The position numbers were made by a program, and so were the translations under genes. Positions 45,426 through 55,250 of a DNA stretch of 64,000 nucleotides are shown here, piece by piece. Each line of letters begins with the position of its first letter. Position 1 is the stretch's first letter. The notes beneath the pieces are model-generated. The model searched no databases. It was not told the DNA's origin and saw only the letters and a program-made list of their open reading frames with translations. Location of the stretch: sequence record PP777464.1; one strand, written 5' to 3'.

Positions 45426-46020
45426 TACATATTTTCGTTATCTTCGCCTAGGGCTTTCCCTACGCCCAATCCGTGGTAAGTGTGATTCACTTGCTGATTT
45501 GGATTATGCATATGCATTACATTGTGATGGTGTTCAATATGTATTAGGTGACTATGGCACATTCGAAGAATCCAATGACAGTTCAGAAATTATTGCTGGT
45601 GTTGCTAACCTTAACAACATTGCCAATAGTTCTCGTCATGAAATCGTTCTTGAAATTCAGAACTTCATTGAGAAAAATACTGGCAAGCGTACATGGTCAT
45701 ATGTCGGTACTGATGCACAAATGTCAATCGCATTTGGTAACGAAGATGGTTATGTAGCACAACTTATTATGGATTTTGAATCAGAAGAGAAGTTCCAAGA
45801 ATACAAAGAAAAAATCATCCAATCCTTATTGCAAATGGGTATTCCTGAAGATCGTATGCCTGAAATTCAAAGCATTGATGAGTTTGTTCTTATCCCATCT
45901 GATGAAAAATATGATGCGATGTTCACAGCACTGAACATTCCTGGTGTAGTGGTTGAGTACTTCGATGATGGTGATAGTGACATTTACCTAGATCTCGACG
46001 ACGATGATGACGATGAATAA
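45406..46020 (+). CDS. Hypothetical protein with poly-Asp tail
   Basis: TTG start 45406, 7 nt after TAAGGAG; ends DLDDDDDDE. Confidence 0.8.
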   Translation: MTNTNTNTYFRYLRLGLSLRPIRGKCDSLADLDYAYALHCDGVQYVLGDYGTFEESNDSSEIIAGVANLNNIANSSRHEIVLEIQNFIEKNTGKRTWSYVGTDAQMSIAFGNEDGYVAQLIMDFESEEKFQEYKEKIIQSLLQMGIPEDRMPEIQSIDEFVLIPSDEKYDAMFTALNIPGVVVEYFDDGDSDIYLDLDDDDDDE

Positions 46021-46025
46021 TACAT

Positions 46026-46054
46026 ATAGCCCGACATAAGTTCGGGCTATTTTT
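46026..46054 (+). terminator. Intrinsic terminator
   Basis: ATAGCCCGA-cataagt-TCGGGCTAT + TTTT. Confidence 0.8.
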
Positions 46055-46066
46055 GTAAGGGGAAAT

Positions 46067-46336
46067 ATGAATTACAAACATATACAATTCACTTATATGG
46101 AATTATTTAAATTACACCACAATCACCGAAGTACTAACACAATTAATAAAAATGCGTTTACCCATAAAATATGGTCAAATTATCTAGAAGAATTACGTGA
46201 GTATTTTGTTAATACTGAAATTGTCATTAATGGAAAAAAACGAAAGATACTTAGAGTAGATAGTTTCGGTGGTAGATTAGTACTTTCATATAAATTTGAT
46301 AACGACCTATTCTCTGTGGATTTGGTGAATATATGA
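46067..46336 (+). CDS. F3 small protein
   Basis: MNYKHIQFTY ... SFGGRLVL. Confidence 0.82.
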   Translation: MNYKHIQFTYMELFKLHHNHRSTNTINKNAFTHKIWSNYLEELREYFVNTEIVINGKKRKILRVDSFGGRLVLSYKFDNDLFSVDLVNI

Positions 46337-46593
46337 ATTATAAAGATTTCCAATTAACATTCAAGTGCATTCGTGACCTAGCAAATAAAAATAATAGTAT
46401 ATTTTTAGAAGATACATGTAATGAAATGATTAATACTGTGCGTGAGAGGATTAAAGAAAAATTCAGTACTGTAATTATTAATAACGATCATGCAGAATTT
46501 TCAGATATAATCATTAAGCTCGATGGTAAAGTTGAGGTACAGTTCTTCACAGATTTTGGATTTACGAGTGTTCCTCTGGAGATATTCCCTTGA
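46333..46593 (+). CDS. F3 small protein
   Basis: MNYKDFQLTF ... DGKVEV. Confidence 0.82.
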   Translation: MNYKDFQLTFKCIRDLANKNNSIFLEDTCNEMINTVRERIKEKFSTVIINNDHAEFSDIIIKLDGKVEVQFFTDFGFTSVPLEIFP

Positions 46594-46901
46594 AATTAAA
46601 TTTGAATGATGTTCAATTCACATATAAAAATATATACGGTTTGTATGACATGTATCTTTTTAGTGGGAAGATTGGTGAACATGTAGAATCAAAAGAATCA
46701 CCATTTATTCATAATTACTATGATTACTTAGATTCTATTGCTGAATATATAAAAAAGAATTACAGTACTTACACTGATGGAGATGATATATTCGAATATT
46801 CAGGTGTCAAATCTTATCAAGGTATTATCCATGTAGAATTTCTTGAAAAAACTGATAGGGAATTTATGGAGATCAAAGTTTTGAAGTTAACGGACCTATA
46901 A
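46590..46901 (+). CDS. F3 small protein
   Basis: NLNDVQFTYK ... SYQGIIHV. Confidence 0.82.
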   Translation: MKLNLNDVQFTYKNIYGLYDMYLFSGKIGEHVESKESPFIHNYYDYLDSIAEYIKKNYSTYTDGDDIFEYSGVKSYQGIIHVEFLEKTDREFMEIKVLKLTDL

Positions 46902-46911
46902 GGATTGACAT

Positions 46912-47223
46912 ATGAATCTTAATGATATACAATTCACATACAAATTTTTGTATATCCAATACGCTACGGTTGATGCTGGAGAATATCTCTACGGTGAAAT
47001 CTATCGTTCGGTATGGATAAAGTTTTTGGATGAATTACATGAATATTACCATGATTTGTGTATAGTTCGTGATAATAAAATATACAAATTCCGCGATATT
47101 GTTAGTCATAGCGGTAAGCTACGATTGGAATTAAGTACTGATAGTGATGTTGATTGGATTGGTGTAAATTTACTGGAGTTGGAGAATGAAAAACAACTTA
47201 AAGGAAATACAAGTATTTTATAA
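46912..47223 (+). CDS. F3 small protein
   Basis: MNLNDIQFTYKFLY ... SHSGKLRL. Confidence 0.82.
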   Translation: MNLNDIQFTYKFLYIQYATVDAGEYLYGEIYRSVWIKFLDELHEYYHDLCIVRDNKIYKFRDIVSHSGKLRLELSTDSDVDWIGVNLLELENEKQLKGNTSIL

Positions 47224-47470
47224 ATTCTTATACTTGTCATATGTAAAAGATGAGTACTATGAAAGTGTGTATTATTTTTTATGGCAACATTACCGTACTA
47301 TAGTAAGAGATTTATATATAGGAAAATCTATCATATCCAATGGTGAAAAATGTATATGTACTGATGTTGTTAGTTTTAATGGTTCTTTAACACTGTGTTT
47401 CAGATGCGATAATAATAGTGGGTCATTTTCATTAAACGTATATCAGTTAGAAGGAATAAATTTTGAATAA
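47186..47470 (+). CDS. F3 small protein
   Basis: EIQVFYKFLY ... YIGKSI ... SFNGSLTL. Confidence 0.82.
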   Translation: MKNNLKEIQVFYKFLYLSYVKDEYYESVYYFLWQHYRTIVRDLYIGKSIISNGEKCICTDVVSFNGSLTLCFRCDNNSGSFSLNVYQLEGINFE

Positions 47471-47663
47471 ATGTCCATATTGCAACAGTACTCAATTAGC
47501 TCGTTTCCGTTTAGATTCAGACTGGGCCACTGGTGCTGGTGATTTCTTTCCCATCAATGATGATTCGGAATACACTGAAGAACAGCACAAAGATTTTGAT
47601 AAATCATGGCGACCTGACATTGAGTGCATTTATTGCCTTAATTGTGAGCGTATCCATGACTAA
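47463..47663 (+). CDS. Zinc-ribbon protein
   Basis: CPYC ... CLNC; TTG start. Confidence 0.7.
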   Translation: MNKCPYCNSTQLARFRLDSDWATGAGDFFPINDDSEYTEEQHKDFDKSWRPDIECIYCLNCERIHD

Positions 47664-47919
47664 AGCTGAACTGATCGTGCAAACACTGCGTTTATTGAGG
47701 GATTTAGATATCCCACGCACGGATGTGAAACTTGAAGATATCTACATTGAATCTCTTAGTGAAGATTACACCGATACCGTAATGATGCTGAATGACGTGC
47801 TTTATCGCATAGATAGCATCAGTCGTCTTGGAAGTACTTTAAAAGTGAATATGGAAAGAGTTGATAAACTTTACGTACATATATATAGTCTACCCATTTC
47901 AATATTAAACTATAGATGA
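47656..47919 (+). CDS. F3-like small protein
   Basis: Start moved to ATG 47656; RIDSISRLGSTLKV. Confidence 0.7.
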   Translation: MTKAELIVQTLRLLRDLDIPRTDVKLEDIYIESLSEDYTDTVMMLNDVLYRIDSISRLGSTLKVNMERVDKLYVHIYSLPISILNYR

Positions 47920-48206
47920 ATATTATATTGATACAAAAAACATATGCTATACTGATGAAAGAATATACTAATACTTATGATGAAAAGTGTAGTGCAAATC
48001 ATAATATGTATAAATTCATTACTCAAGAGTACAGGGATTATATATATGCTGCGTTAGTGGGTAGATATTTCAGTACTAAAAAACGTAAAGAACTCAAAGT
48101 TGTAGATATTACTTTTTTCTACAACGGGCATATAACAATTCATGGTGTGGAACATAATTCACAAATATATCGTAACTACCCATCTAACGAGGTAACATTT
48201 TTATGA
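47916..48206 (+). CDS. F3 small protein
   Basis: LIQKTY ... LVGRYF ... YNGHITI. Confidence 0.8.
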   Translation: MNIILIQKTYAILMKEYTNTYDEKCSANHNMYKFITQEYRDYIYAALVGRYFSTKKRKELKVVDITFFYNGHITIHGVEHNSQIYRNYPSNEVTFL

Positions 48207-48365
48207 GAGCATTATTTTTTATCTGGAGTCTTTTCTCACTAGCAGTACTGACAGTAAGTGGGATTTGTTTCCTTTCGACAATGAATGTCTGGTACATTAA
48301 TTTACTATTCCCATTCGTAGGTGTTGGTTTAGGATTTACTTTACATAGTGTTTGTAAGGATTTTA

Positions 48366-48650
48366 ATGGCAAATAAATCGAATGAAGTACTTGTTGCTGA
48401 AACAATGAAGATGGTTTATGCCATAACAACTAGTAATGATTTGTCTTACCCAATTAAGTCCAAGTTGAGGGATATAACTCTTCAGGTTATACAGCAGTAC
48501 TACAAATCTAAACACAAAAGTATTATTAGTGTTTATCGTGATTATGAAAGGATTCGTATTCTGTTCTGGAACAAGAACCGAGTTCGTGAGGAATGTGATA
48601 TAGAGAACTTTAAATTTGAGAATCTTTATTGTTACAAAGCGGGACAATAG
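48366..48650 (+). CDS. F3-like small protein
   Basis: ATG 48366 behind TAAGGA. Confidence 0.7.
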   Translation: MANKSNEVLVAETMKMVYAITTSNDLSYPIKSKLRDITLQVIQQYYKSKHKSIISVYRDYERIRILFWNKNRVREECDIENFKFENLYCYKAGQ

Positions 48651-48668
48651 CTCAAGTAGTGATATAAT
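48641..48668 (+). promoter_or_regulatory. Possible promoter
   Basis: GGGACA-16-TATAAT with TG extension. Confidence 0.5.
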
Positions 48669-48708
48669 ATTGGATGAGGAACAATAACTAACACAAGGAG
48701 TGTGTAAA

Positions 48709-49437
48709 GTGCTTGACCGTATCCGTTTCGCTACAGAGATGGCGAATGAATTAAACATGGCAAATTTTCAAATGTTAACATCAGTGATGGCTGAACATGC
48801 ATGTGCTTATTCTGTAAGTGGTGTGCAGTGCGGTCAGGAGAATATGTTAGCAGATGTATATAGCGAAGTTCAAAGTAAACAATACAGTGTAAAGACGTAC
48901 AAGGATAAGTTCGTTAGTCTTTATATGAATGAAGACATTGCAGAAGACCGCAAATATACTGATTTTATTATTGAACGAAGAGTATCAGGTGTATCCAACC
49001 CAAATGCTGACAGTACTACAGTATTTGCAGAAGTACTTCAAGATATATATGAAAATGAATTGAAAAGTAAGAATCATTACAATGTACGTGAAACTAACAC
49101 AGTGCTCTTGGGATATGATGAAGACGATCAATATTATTATTTCCGTATGACTGAAGTTCCTTTTGAATATAAATCACCAAGTACTACTGCTGTAAAAGAA
49201 TTTACCGAGAAAAGCAAGAACTACAAGAAACATGAAGGCAACCGTTGTAGTATAAATGGTTATAATGAAGATGGTGTTCATATATATGAATGGGTTCATC
49301 CTAATTGCCAGACATATACCCGTTGCTTGAAGAAACGTTATAATTTAGAAGACAATGAATCCTTCTACTTTAAAGTTAAGAAACAAGGCTATACTCGCCC
49401 TGAAGATTCAGAATTGATGGGTATGGTATATTTCTAA
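48709..49437 (+). CDS. Hypothetical protein
   Basis: GTG 48709, 8 nt after AAGGAG; ~242 aa. Confidence 0.8.
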   Translation: MLDRIRFATEMANELNMANFQMLTSVMAEHACAYSVSGVQCGQENMLADVYSEVQSKQYSVKTYKDKFVSLYMNEDIAEDRKYTDFIIERRVSGVSNPNADSTTVFAEVLQDIYENELKSKNHYNVRETNTVLLGYDEDDQYYYFRMTEVPFEYKSPSTTAVKEFTEKSKNYKKHEGNRCSINGYNEDGVHIYEWVHPNCQTYTRCLKKRYNLEDNESFYFKVKKQGYTRPEDSELMGMVYF

Positions 49438-49446
49438 GGAACTGTT

Positions 49447-49728
49447 ATGGATTTTTACCTACACACATGGTCATACGAACAATACATTACATTATATCTT
49501 GAGATTATTAATACTGATCCCAGATATGGTTGTGATTTTGCTGATATTATAAAAGAGTATGCAGATGAGTTTGAGTTTGTATATCTTGGCTCTGACCTAT
49601 TCGTGAAGAGTGTAGGTAAAACCGGACGCATCACTGAGATTGATTATGATACTGTTAGTGTGAATTTCTATGTTGATTTTCCTTGTGATGGCGTTGATGG
49701 TGTATATTGTCTATATGAAATAATTTAA
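49447..49728 (+). CDS. F3 small protein
   Basis: YLGSDLFV..GKTGRITEIDY. Confidence 0.78.
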   Translation: MDFYLHTWSYEQYITLYLEIINTDPRYGCDFADIIKEYADEFEFVYLGSDLFVKSVGKTGRITEIDYDTVSVNFYVDFPCDGVDGVYCLYEII

Positions 49729-49734
49729 ATTTTT

Positions 49735-49759
49735 AGGCCAGCGTTTGCTGGTCTTTTTT
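49735..49759 (+). terminator. Intrinsic terminator
   Basis: AGGCCAGC-gttt-GCTGGTCT + T5. Confidence 0.8.
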
Positions 49760-49772
49760 CGCAGGTACAAAG

Positions 49773-50072
49773 ATGATTAGTATAGATTTAATTAACAGTA
49801 CTATAAAGTTGTTGGCTGATGTAGTGAGAGAATCCAATGGAACTGTATACCCATCAATGTATAAAATCTTTGAACGATACATCAAGGATTGTAACATATC
49901 CTTATATGGACTGGCGGTTGATATAGACGACCACTATGAAATTAATACTTCATATAAAACAGGAATGTTAATTGGTATTAATATGATGGGATATTTTCCT
50001 TATTACTGTATAGGATTACCAGATAGTACTATGGTAGATTATCCAGCCAGTACTATTAAACTAAGAGGATAG
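49773..50072 (+). CDS. F3-like small protein
   Basis: LYGLAVDI ... KTGMLIGI. Confidence 0.72.
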   Translation: MISIDLINSTIKLLADVVRESNGTVYPSMYKIFERYIKDCNISLYGLAVDIDDHYEINTSYKTGMLIGINMMGYFPYYCIGLPDSTMVDYPASTIKLRG

Positions 50073-50076
50073 AATT

Positions 50077-50766
50077 TTGATTAAAGATTTAGATAGAATT
50101 TTATATGTACTGAGGGGTGTAATTACATTACAACCACAGGTTAATCGTATGGAGAGAGCCTTTGAATTAAAATCAAGAGAAACTCCATATTCACATATAT
50201 CAAATGTAGTTGGTTCATTCAGTACTGAAGACTCCCCTTATGATATTTGTGTATGTGAAGTACAGCCAAGTTCGGATCTTGGGTTTGCTATTTTTGATAA
50301 AAATCAAAATCTAATTAGTATGTTTCAGTGCAATAATCCTTTTTGGAAAACATGCCTGTATCCAGAGTGGGCTATGCTTGATCCAACCAAGAGTTCCATT
50401 AAAGTATATGACTCTAAAAATGATGAAGTCGTTATTGATTTGGATGAGTCAATGTCAGAGGAAGAACACTTTCAGCTAATGATGATGCGTGCTATGCCTG
50501 AATACAATGCAATGATTAACACTGTGCAATACATTAAGGATACCATGCCATCGTTGCGTACACATGAGTTTTGTCATCCGGTATTGTATGAACATTTGGA
50601 TTTAGATTTCAGTACTATTAAATTTAAAGATAATGTTATTAATTACATTCAAGAGAATGTTAAATTTGATTTTATTAGTACAATGACAAATAATCCAAAT
50701 ACTAATTTCAGGCATCAGTACAATGAATCTTTGTCTGGTGGTCGTGATACAACTTGGTGGAAATAA
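50077..50766 (+). CDS. F2 protein (outlier position)
   Basis: MSEEEHFQLMMMR; TTG start with GAGG SD. Confidence 0.82.
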   Translation: MIKDLDRILYVLRGVITLQPQVNRMERAFELKSRETPYSHISNVVGSFSTEDSPYDICVCEVQPSSDLGFAIFDKNQNLISMFQCNNPFWKTCLYPEWAMLDPTKSSIKVYDSKNDEVVIDLDESMSEEEHFQLMMMRAMPEYNAMINTVQYIKDTMPSLRTHEFCHPVLYEHLDLDFSTIKFKDNVINYIQENVKFDFISTMTNNPNTNFRHQYNESLSGGRDTTWWK

Positions 50767-50767
50767 T

Positions 50768-51031
50768 ATGAATATCCAAGATAGATTGCAATTGTTGCAC
50801 ACACTTGAAGAAGCTGCTTTTGAACTTGTTAATAAAATTGCACAAGAACTCCCAAAAGGAACCAAAGTTCGTGTTCGTGAAATGGATTATTTAACGGGAA
50901 AAATTGATGAAAAAGTTCTAACAGTGATCAAAGTAACATACTATGAATCAGAGTTATCAATTCAATGTAATTCAGATAATGGTTACGTTTCCTACTATGG
51001 CACAGATGTAGATATAGAGGTAATAAAATGA
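50768..51031 (+). CDS. F3 small protein
   Basis: PKGTKVRV ... TVIKVTYYESELSI; start moved to 50768. Confidence 0.78.
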   Translation: MNIQDRLQLLHTLEEAAFELVNKIAQELPKGTKVRVREMDYLTGKIDEKVLTVIKVTYYESELSIQCNSDNGYVSYYGTDVDIEVIK

Positions 51032-52170
51032 CCCTTTTACAAATATATGAAGATTTAATGCACTTATGTAATACTCGTGAGGCTTTCTTTTATGTGGATC
51101 ATAAAAGTCCTGCTGGTGGAACATATCGTGTATTCAGTTATCGTCTAGCATCATATACCGATTTCATGCAACCCAATGCATTAGAAACCCGTGGTTCTAT
51201 GTGGGAAATTGATGAAGACGGTGATATGATTCGTTGTGCTGCTCGTACTATGAAAAAGTTCTTCAATGCTTACGAAAATCCTGCTACAATGTTCCCTGCT
51301 GATACCACATTCGATGACATTGCAGTAGTGATGCCTAAGTTGGATGGTTCAGTAATCAGTACTTACCGTGATAATGATGGTGTAATTCGTTGTAAATCAC
51401 ATACTGCATTGTATTCAGACCATGCGATTAACAGTACTCGTCTTCTCAATGAGAACCAAAATTTGTATCAATACATTGACGAAGCAGACCGTTTGGGCTA
51501 TACTGTTAATCTGGAGTATACAAGTCCAGAGTACCGTATTGTATTACCATACCAGGTTGAACAAATATTTGTACTAAACGTTCGCCATCGCAAGAGTGGT
51601 GAACTATTATGTGGTTCTGCATTACGTAACAAGTTTCCATGCCTTGCACAGTACAGTACTAACATGACAGGTAAAGATATTCATTACACTTTCCCTGTTC
51701 GTGCTACATTCAAAGAAAGTGTTGAAGAAGTTAAGAAAATGCTTGACATTGAAGGTTTTGTGTGCATCCTAAATAATGGTACAATGTGCAAAATCAAAAC
51801 CGACTGGTATTGTTCTTTGCATTTAACGAAAGACAGTATTATATTCGATTCCCATTTATATGAAGCTGTATTAAATGGTTCGAGTGATGATTTAAAACAG
51901 TTGTTCAGTACTGACGAATATGCTACCCAAAAGATATTAAGAATGGAACAACTAGTCTTTTCGTGCTATAATGCTTTACAAGATGAAGTTGAAAGCTTCG
52001 TCAAGGAACACAAGCACTTGGAGCGAAAGGAATTCGCTAAGAAGGTTCAGGAGTGTTTAACTAATGAACTGAATCGTCAGGGCTTGGCCTTTGCAATGTA
52101 CAACAATAAGAAAGTCGATTACAAAGAGACTCTTATTAAGTACATGAAAATTGTACTAAAGGATTTTTAG
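51028..52170 (+). CDS. rnlA: RNA ligase 1 (T4 RnlA-like)
   Basis: FSYRLASYTDF, LETRG, KKFFN, motif I KLDGS, T.NLEY.SPE.RIV..Y, motif IV EGFV, motif V KIKTDWY. Confidence 0.93.
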   Translation: MTLLQIYEDLMHLCNTREAFFYVDHKSPAGGTYRVFSYRLASYTDFMQPNALETRGSMWEIDEDGDMIRCAARTMKKFFNAYENPATMFPADTTFDDIAVVMPKLDGSVISTYRDNDGVIRCKSHTALYSDHAINSTRLLNENQNLYQYIDEADRLGYTVNLEYTSPEYRIVLPYQVEQIFVLNVRHRKSGELLCGSALRNKFPCLAQYSTNMTGKDIHYTFPVRATFKESVEEVKKMLDIEGFVCILNNGTMCKIKTDWYCSLHLTKDSIIFDSHLYEAVLNGSSDDLKQLFSTDEYATQKILRMEQLVFSCYNALQDEVESFVKEHKHLERKEFAKKVQECLTNELNRQGLAFAMYNNKKVDYKETLIKYMKIVLKDF

Positions 52171-52196
52171 TACTATCTAGCCTAGCACAAGGAGAA

Positions 52197-52454
52197 GTGA
52201 TGGCTAAACCTAAGTATAAAAATGACGGTTCCCTTTCTCCGACAGAATTCAGGAAAATACAAGAAGAAATCGATGAATTACAGCACAAACGCTCTAAGAA
52301 AGGTGTGAAGATTAGTAAGAAACGAATCGAGAATACTTTCGGGTGTAGTAGTACTGAATACAAGAAGAAAAGGAAACCAAAAGGTGTTAAGCCGAGAATA
52401 CATGATGTAACTCGCTATACATCAAAACGTGAAAATAAATTCGACCCACTATAA
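52197..52454 (+). CDS. Lys/Arg-rich small protein
   Basis: 85 aa, AAGGAG SD. Confidence 0.75.
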   Translation: MMAKPKYKNDGSLSPTEFRKIQEEIDELQHKRSKKGVKISKKRIENTFGCSSTEYKKKRKPKGVKPRIHDVTRYTSKRENKFDPL

Positions 52455-52463
52455 GGAGTTCAT

Positions 52464-52700
52464 ATGAAAGTTGAAGTTCAGCATAGTATTGTTCAGGATA
52501 TGTCAGTAGTTAAATTTCTTTCCTTGAAAGATTATTTCAGATGTATCAAGTTCCTAGAAGAATCTCAATTACAGTGGACCCCATTAAAGTACAGTTCATC
52601 CAATGATACTGCTAGTATTCGTTGTGATGAATCTGTACTTGTGAAAATCTCCAAGCGATTTGGGATTGGGAAATACAATGATAAACAATGCACAAAGTAA
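52464..52700 (+). CDS. Hypothetical protein
   Basis: 78 aa, TAAGGAG SD. Confidence 0.8.
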   Translation: MKVEVQHSIVQDMSVVKFLSLKDYFRCIKFLEESQLQWTPLKYSSSNDTASIRCDESVLVKISKRFGIGKYNDKQCTK

Positions 52701-52989
52701 TTTACTATATATAAAGTCAGTAGAAGCTGAAATTAAAAATTCAGTACAAACTATCGTCGATGAAATGATTGACAAATACAAGAGCAATCTTATTGGAAAG
52801 AAAGTCAGATGTTGGGATTACACATTCAAACACTGGTACGATTCCGAGATTGTGAAAGTTGATGTGAATACTGATAGTAATGGTCTAATTAATGGTATTG
52901 CGTATATTGGTGTTTTAATACGCAAGGGAACACCACAGGAATGGCTCACCTATCATAATATAGAGCATGTTAAATTTTTAGAGGATTAA
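52678..52989 (+). CDS. F3 small protein
   Basis: NLIGKKVRC; start moved to 52678. Confidence 0.78.
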   Translation: MINNAQSNLLYIKSVEAEIKNSVQTIVDEMIDKYKSNLIGKKVRCWDYTFKHWYDSEIVKVDVNTDSNGLINGIAYIGVLIRKGTPQEWLTYHNIEHVKFLED

Positions 52990-52992
52990 TGG

Positions 52993-53925
52993 ATGCCAAC
53001 TATCACACTAACAGTTGGATTGCCTGGGTGTGGTAAAACTACATGGGCAGTGCAAGAGATTAAAAAAGCCAAATCCAAGACTATCAACATCAACCGTGAT
53101 GATATTCGTGAATCTATGGCTGGGTCACATGATGCTTACAAATTCAACGATGCTAATGAGCAGTACGTAACTAATTTACAGTTCAGTGCAGCAAATTCAG
53201 CAGCAGAGAATGGTTGGAACATCATCATATCCGATACGAACCTTAAACAACATTTCCGTAATCTATGGAAAGTATGGGCTATAGATAATGGTTATGATTA
53301 CAAAGAAAAGAACTTCTATGATGATTTTGTACCTAATGAAGACCGTGGTGCAGATGTTCATGAATTCTTTAAGATTAAAGAGTTCGTAAAACTTTGTAAG
53401 AAATATAACCTCCAGCGTGAGCGTTCAGTACAAGATAATATCATTGACACTATGGCAGATACGTACTATTATAGTAAGGCATTACACATTGGTTACTATG
53501 GTAATTCACGAGAAGCTGCTATTATCGTTGATATCGACGGTACTCTTGCTCATAAATGGGGACGTAACCCGTTCGATGAAAGTACTGTACTCCAGGATAC
53601 ACCAGACGAAGAAGTTATTTTATCTGTTATCGCTGAAGCAGTTTTTCATAAACGCAAGATTATCGTCATGAGTGGGCGTACTGAAGGGTGTCGTGCTGAT
53701 ACCGAACAGTGGCTTAAGAATTGGGGTGTTCCTTATGATGCGTTGTTTATGCGAGGCATCGATGACAAACGTCCTGATGATGTTGTAAAATTCGACCTGT
53801 ACATGAAAAATGTGGTTGATCATTACGATGTTAAAAAGGTTTATGATGATAGATCACAAGTTGTATTCATGTGGCGTAAGCTACTTGGGTTGAAAGTAAT
53901 GCAAGTTGCTGAAGGTAATTTCTAA
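52993..53925 (+). CDS. pseT: Polynucleotide 5'-kinase / 3'-phosphatase (T4 PseT-like)
   Basis: P-loop GLPGCGKTT, NRDDIR, DTNL; HAD DIDGT, SGR, LFMR..DD.R.D..VK, DDR. Confidence 0.95.
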   Translation: MPTITLTVGLPGCGKTTWAVQEIKKAKSKTININRDDIRESMAGSHDAYKFNDANEQYVTNLQFSAANSAAENGWNIIISDTNLKQHFRNLWKVWAIDNGYDYKEKNFYDDFVPNEDRGADVHEFFKIKEFVKLCKKYNLQRERSVQDNIIDTMADTYYYSKALHIGYYGNSREAAIIVDIDGTLAHKWGRNPFDESTVLQDTPDEEVILSVIAEAVFHKRKIIVMSGRTEGCRADTEQWLKNWGVPYDALFMRGIDDKRPDDVVKFDLYMKNVVDHYDVKKVYDDRSQVVFMWRKLLGLKVMQVAEGNF

Positions 53926-53928
53926 TAC

Positions 53929-53956
53929 AAAAGGGATCATATATTGGTCCCTTTTT
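53929..53956 (+). terminator. Intrinsic terminator
   Basis: AAAGGGATCA-tatat-TGGTCCCTTT + TT. Confidence 0.75.
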
Positions 53957-53992
53957 CTTTTAAGGTACATTATAGTGAATGTAACAACACAG

Positions 53993-54151
53993 ATGTTATT
54001 ACGAAATGAATACTTAGAAAATATAGAAAGATTCTATAGAATGTCTTTGTATAAAAATAAGCATAAAAAATATAGTTTTGATAAACTACTAAATTCTAGT
54101 ACTGAAGATTATCTATTTTCATCAATGTTTTATGTGAGAGGATTATTGTAA
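53993..54151 (+). CDS. Small hypothetical protein
   Basis: In-frame ATG 53993 of ORF 53906-54151; TAATG-coupled to the next gene. Confidence 0.5.
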   Translation: MLLRNEYLENIERFYRMSLYKNKHKKYSFDKLLNSSTEDYLFSSMFYVRGLL

Positions 54152-54411
54152 TGGATAAATTTCACACAGATATATCACAGATAGGTAATCTTATCAATAG
54201 TCTAATTACTGATTTAGAAGAAAAGTACTTAGGACGAAATGTATACTTAGAAATGTATGAAACATATGGTGTTATTGATATGATTTATTACAGTGCATTG
54301 AAGTGTGAAATACGTTTAACTGTATGTTTATATGAAAAAGGTACATTTAAAAGAAGTACTGCAATTCGCCAAGTTGGAGTTGATGACATGGAATTATACG
54401 AGGAACAATGA
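54151..54411 (+). CDS. F3 small protein
   Basis: EEKYLGRNVY..YGVIDMIYY. Confidence 0.82.
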   Translation: MDKFHTDISQIGNLINSLITDLEEKYLGRNVYLEMYETYGVIDMIYYSALKCEIRLTVCLYEKGTFKRSTAIRQVGVDDMELYEEQ

Positions 54412-54662
54412 TGTTTGAGCAGGACTTAGAGCTATTCAAAAGTTATATCGAGTACTTAGTTACATTAGAAAAAGAGCTAACTACAAAGTATAAAGGTATT
54501 CGTGTTCTGTGCTGGTATGATGATTCGGATTATAAACGTGAACTAACAATCGACCGAATCTATTTCATTGACGGTGTATTGAATGTGCATGGTGTAAATG
54601 ATTTTGGACATTCATATACTTATTCGAATAATGCTAAATTCAAGAGGATCGACCATGAATGA
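54408..54662 (+). CDS. F3 small protein
   Basis: TKYKGIRVLC ... IDRIYFIDGVLNV. Confidence 0.82.
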   Translation: MMFEQDLELFKSYIEYLVTLEKELTTKYKGIRVLCWYDDSDYKRELTIDRIYFIDGVLNVHGVNDFGHSYTYSNNAKFKRIDHE

Positions 54663-54957
54663 GTACTATCAAAATTTATTCAATTACATAAAACAAATAG
54701 ATGATCTTGCTTTCGATTTTCTTAGTACTGAAAAAGTTCTTGAACCTCTCTATTATGATTGTATTAGTTCACTATGTTTAGATGAAAAAGAGATATTAGC
54801 AAACAACTTACCATCCACGGTCTGTACAATCAATGGTTCCAAGGCATTAGTGTGCGAGGTTAATTTTCATAAATCACTTAATACAATTGTTTACAAGTTC
54901 GATAACACTGTGTTTAAACATGTAACAAGTAATATTAAATCTGTGAGGTTCTTATGA
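54655..54957 (+). CDS. F3-like small protein
   Basis: Start moved to 54655 (GAGG SD). Confidence 0.72.
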   Translation: MNEYYQNLFNYIKQIDDLAFDFLSTEKVLEPLYYDCISSLCLDEKEILANNLPSTVCTINGSKALVCEVNFHKSLNTIVYKFDNTVFKHVTSNIKSVRFL

Positions 54958-55250
54958 ATTTAAAACTTTTGTTAGAACAGGTACATTTATTGTATAGCTG
55001 TGCTGATGGTTCTGATAAGGAGTATAGTGAAGTTTATTTAGAACTGTTTAGAACGGAAATACACATAATTAGAAGATACTTAATTGATAATAAAACTGAA
55101 GTAAAAGTTAGATACCATAATGGTACTTTAAAGAATGGTATAATTATTGGATTGATAGTTACACGAATGTCTAGTAATATTAAAGTTGCAGTTAGATTAA
55201 TGACTGATGATGGTGTCTACACCATAGAAGTAAGTGAGATTATATATTAA
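54954..55250 (+). CDS. F3 small protein
   Basis: EVKVRYHNG...GIIIGL. Confidence 0.75.
   Translation: MNLKLLLEQVHLLYSCADGSDKEYSEVYLELFRTEIHIIRRYLIDNKTEVKVRYHNGTLKNGIIIGLIVTRMSSNIKVAVRLMTDDGVYTIEVSEIIY

Noticed and set aside
45443-45460. Hairpin TAGGG-cttt-CCCTA suggesting a terminator
   Set aside because: No U tract, and it lies within the coding region of the gene starting at TTG 45406.
3822-50766. Diversity-generating retroelement as the source of paralog variation
   Set aside because: No reverse transcriptase, no template/variable repeat pair, and differences are not restricted to adenines.
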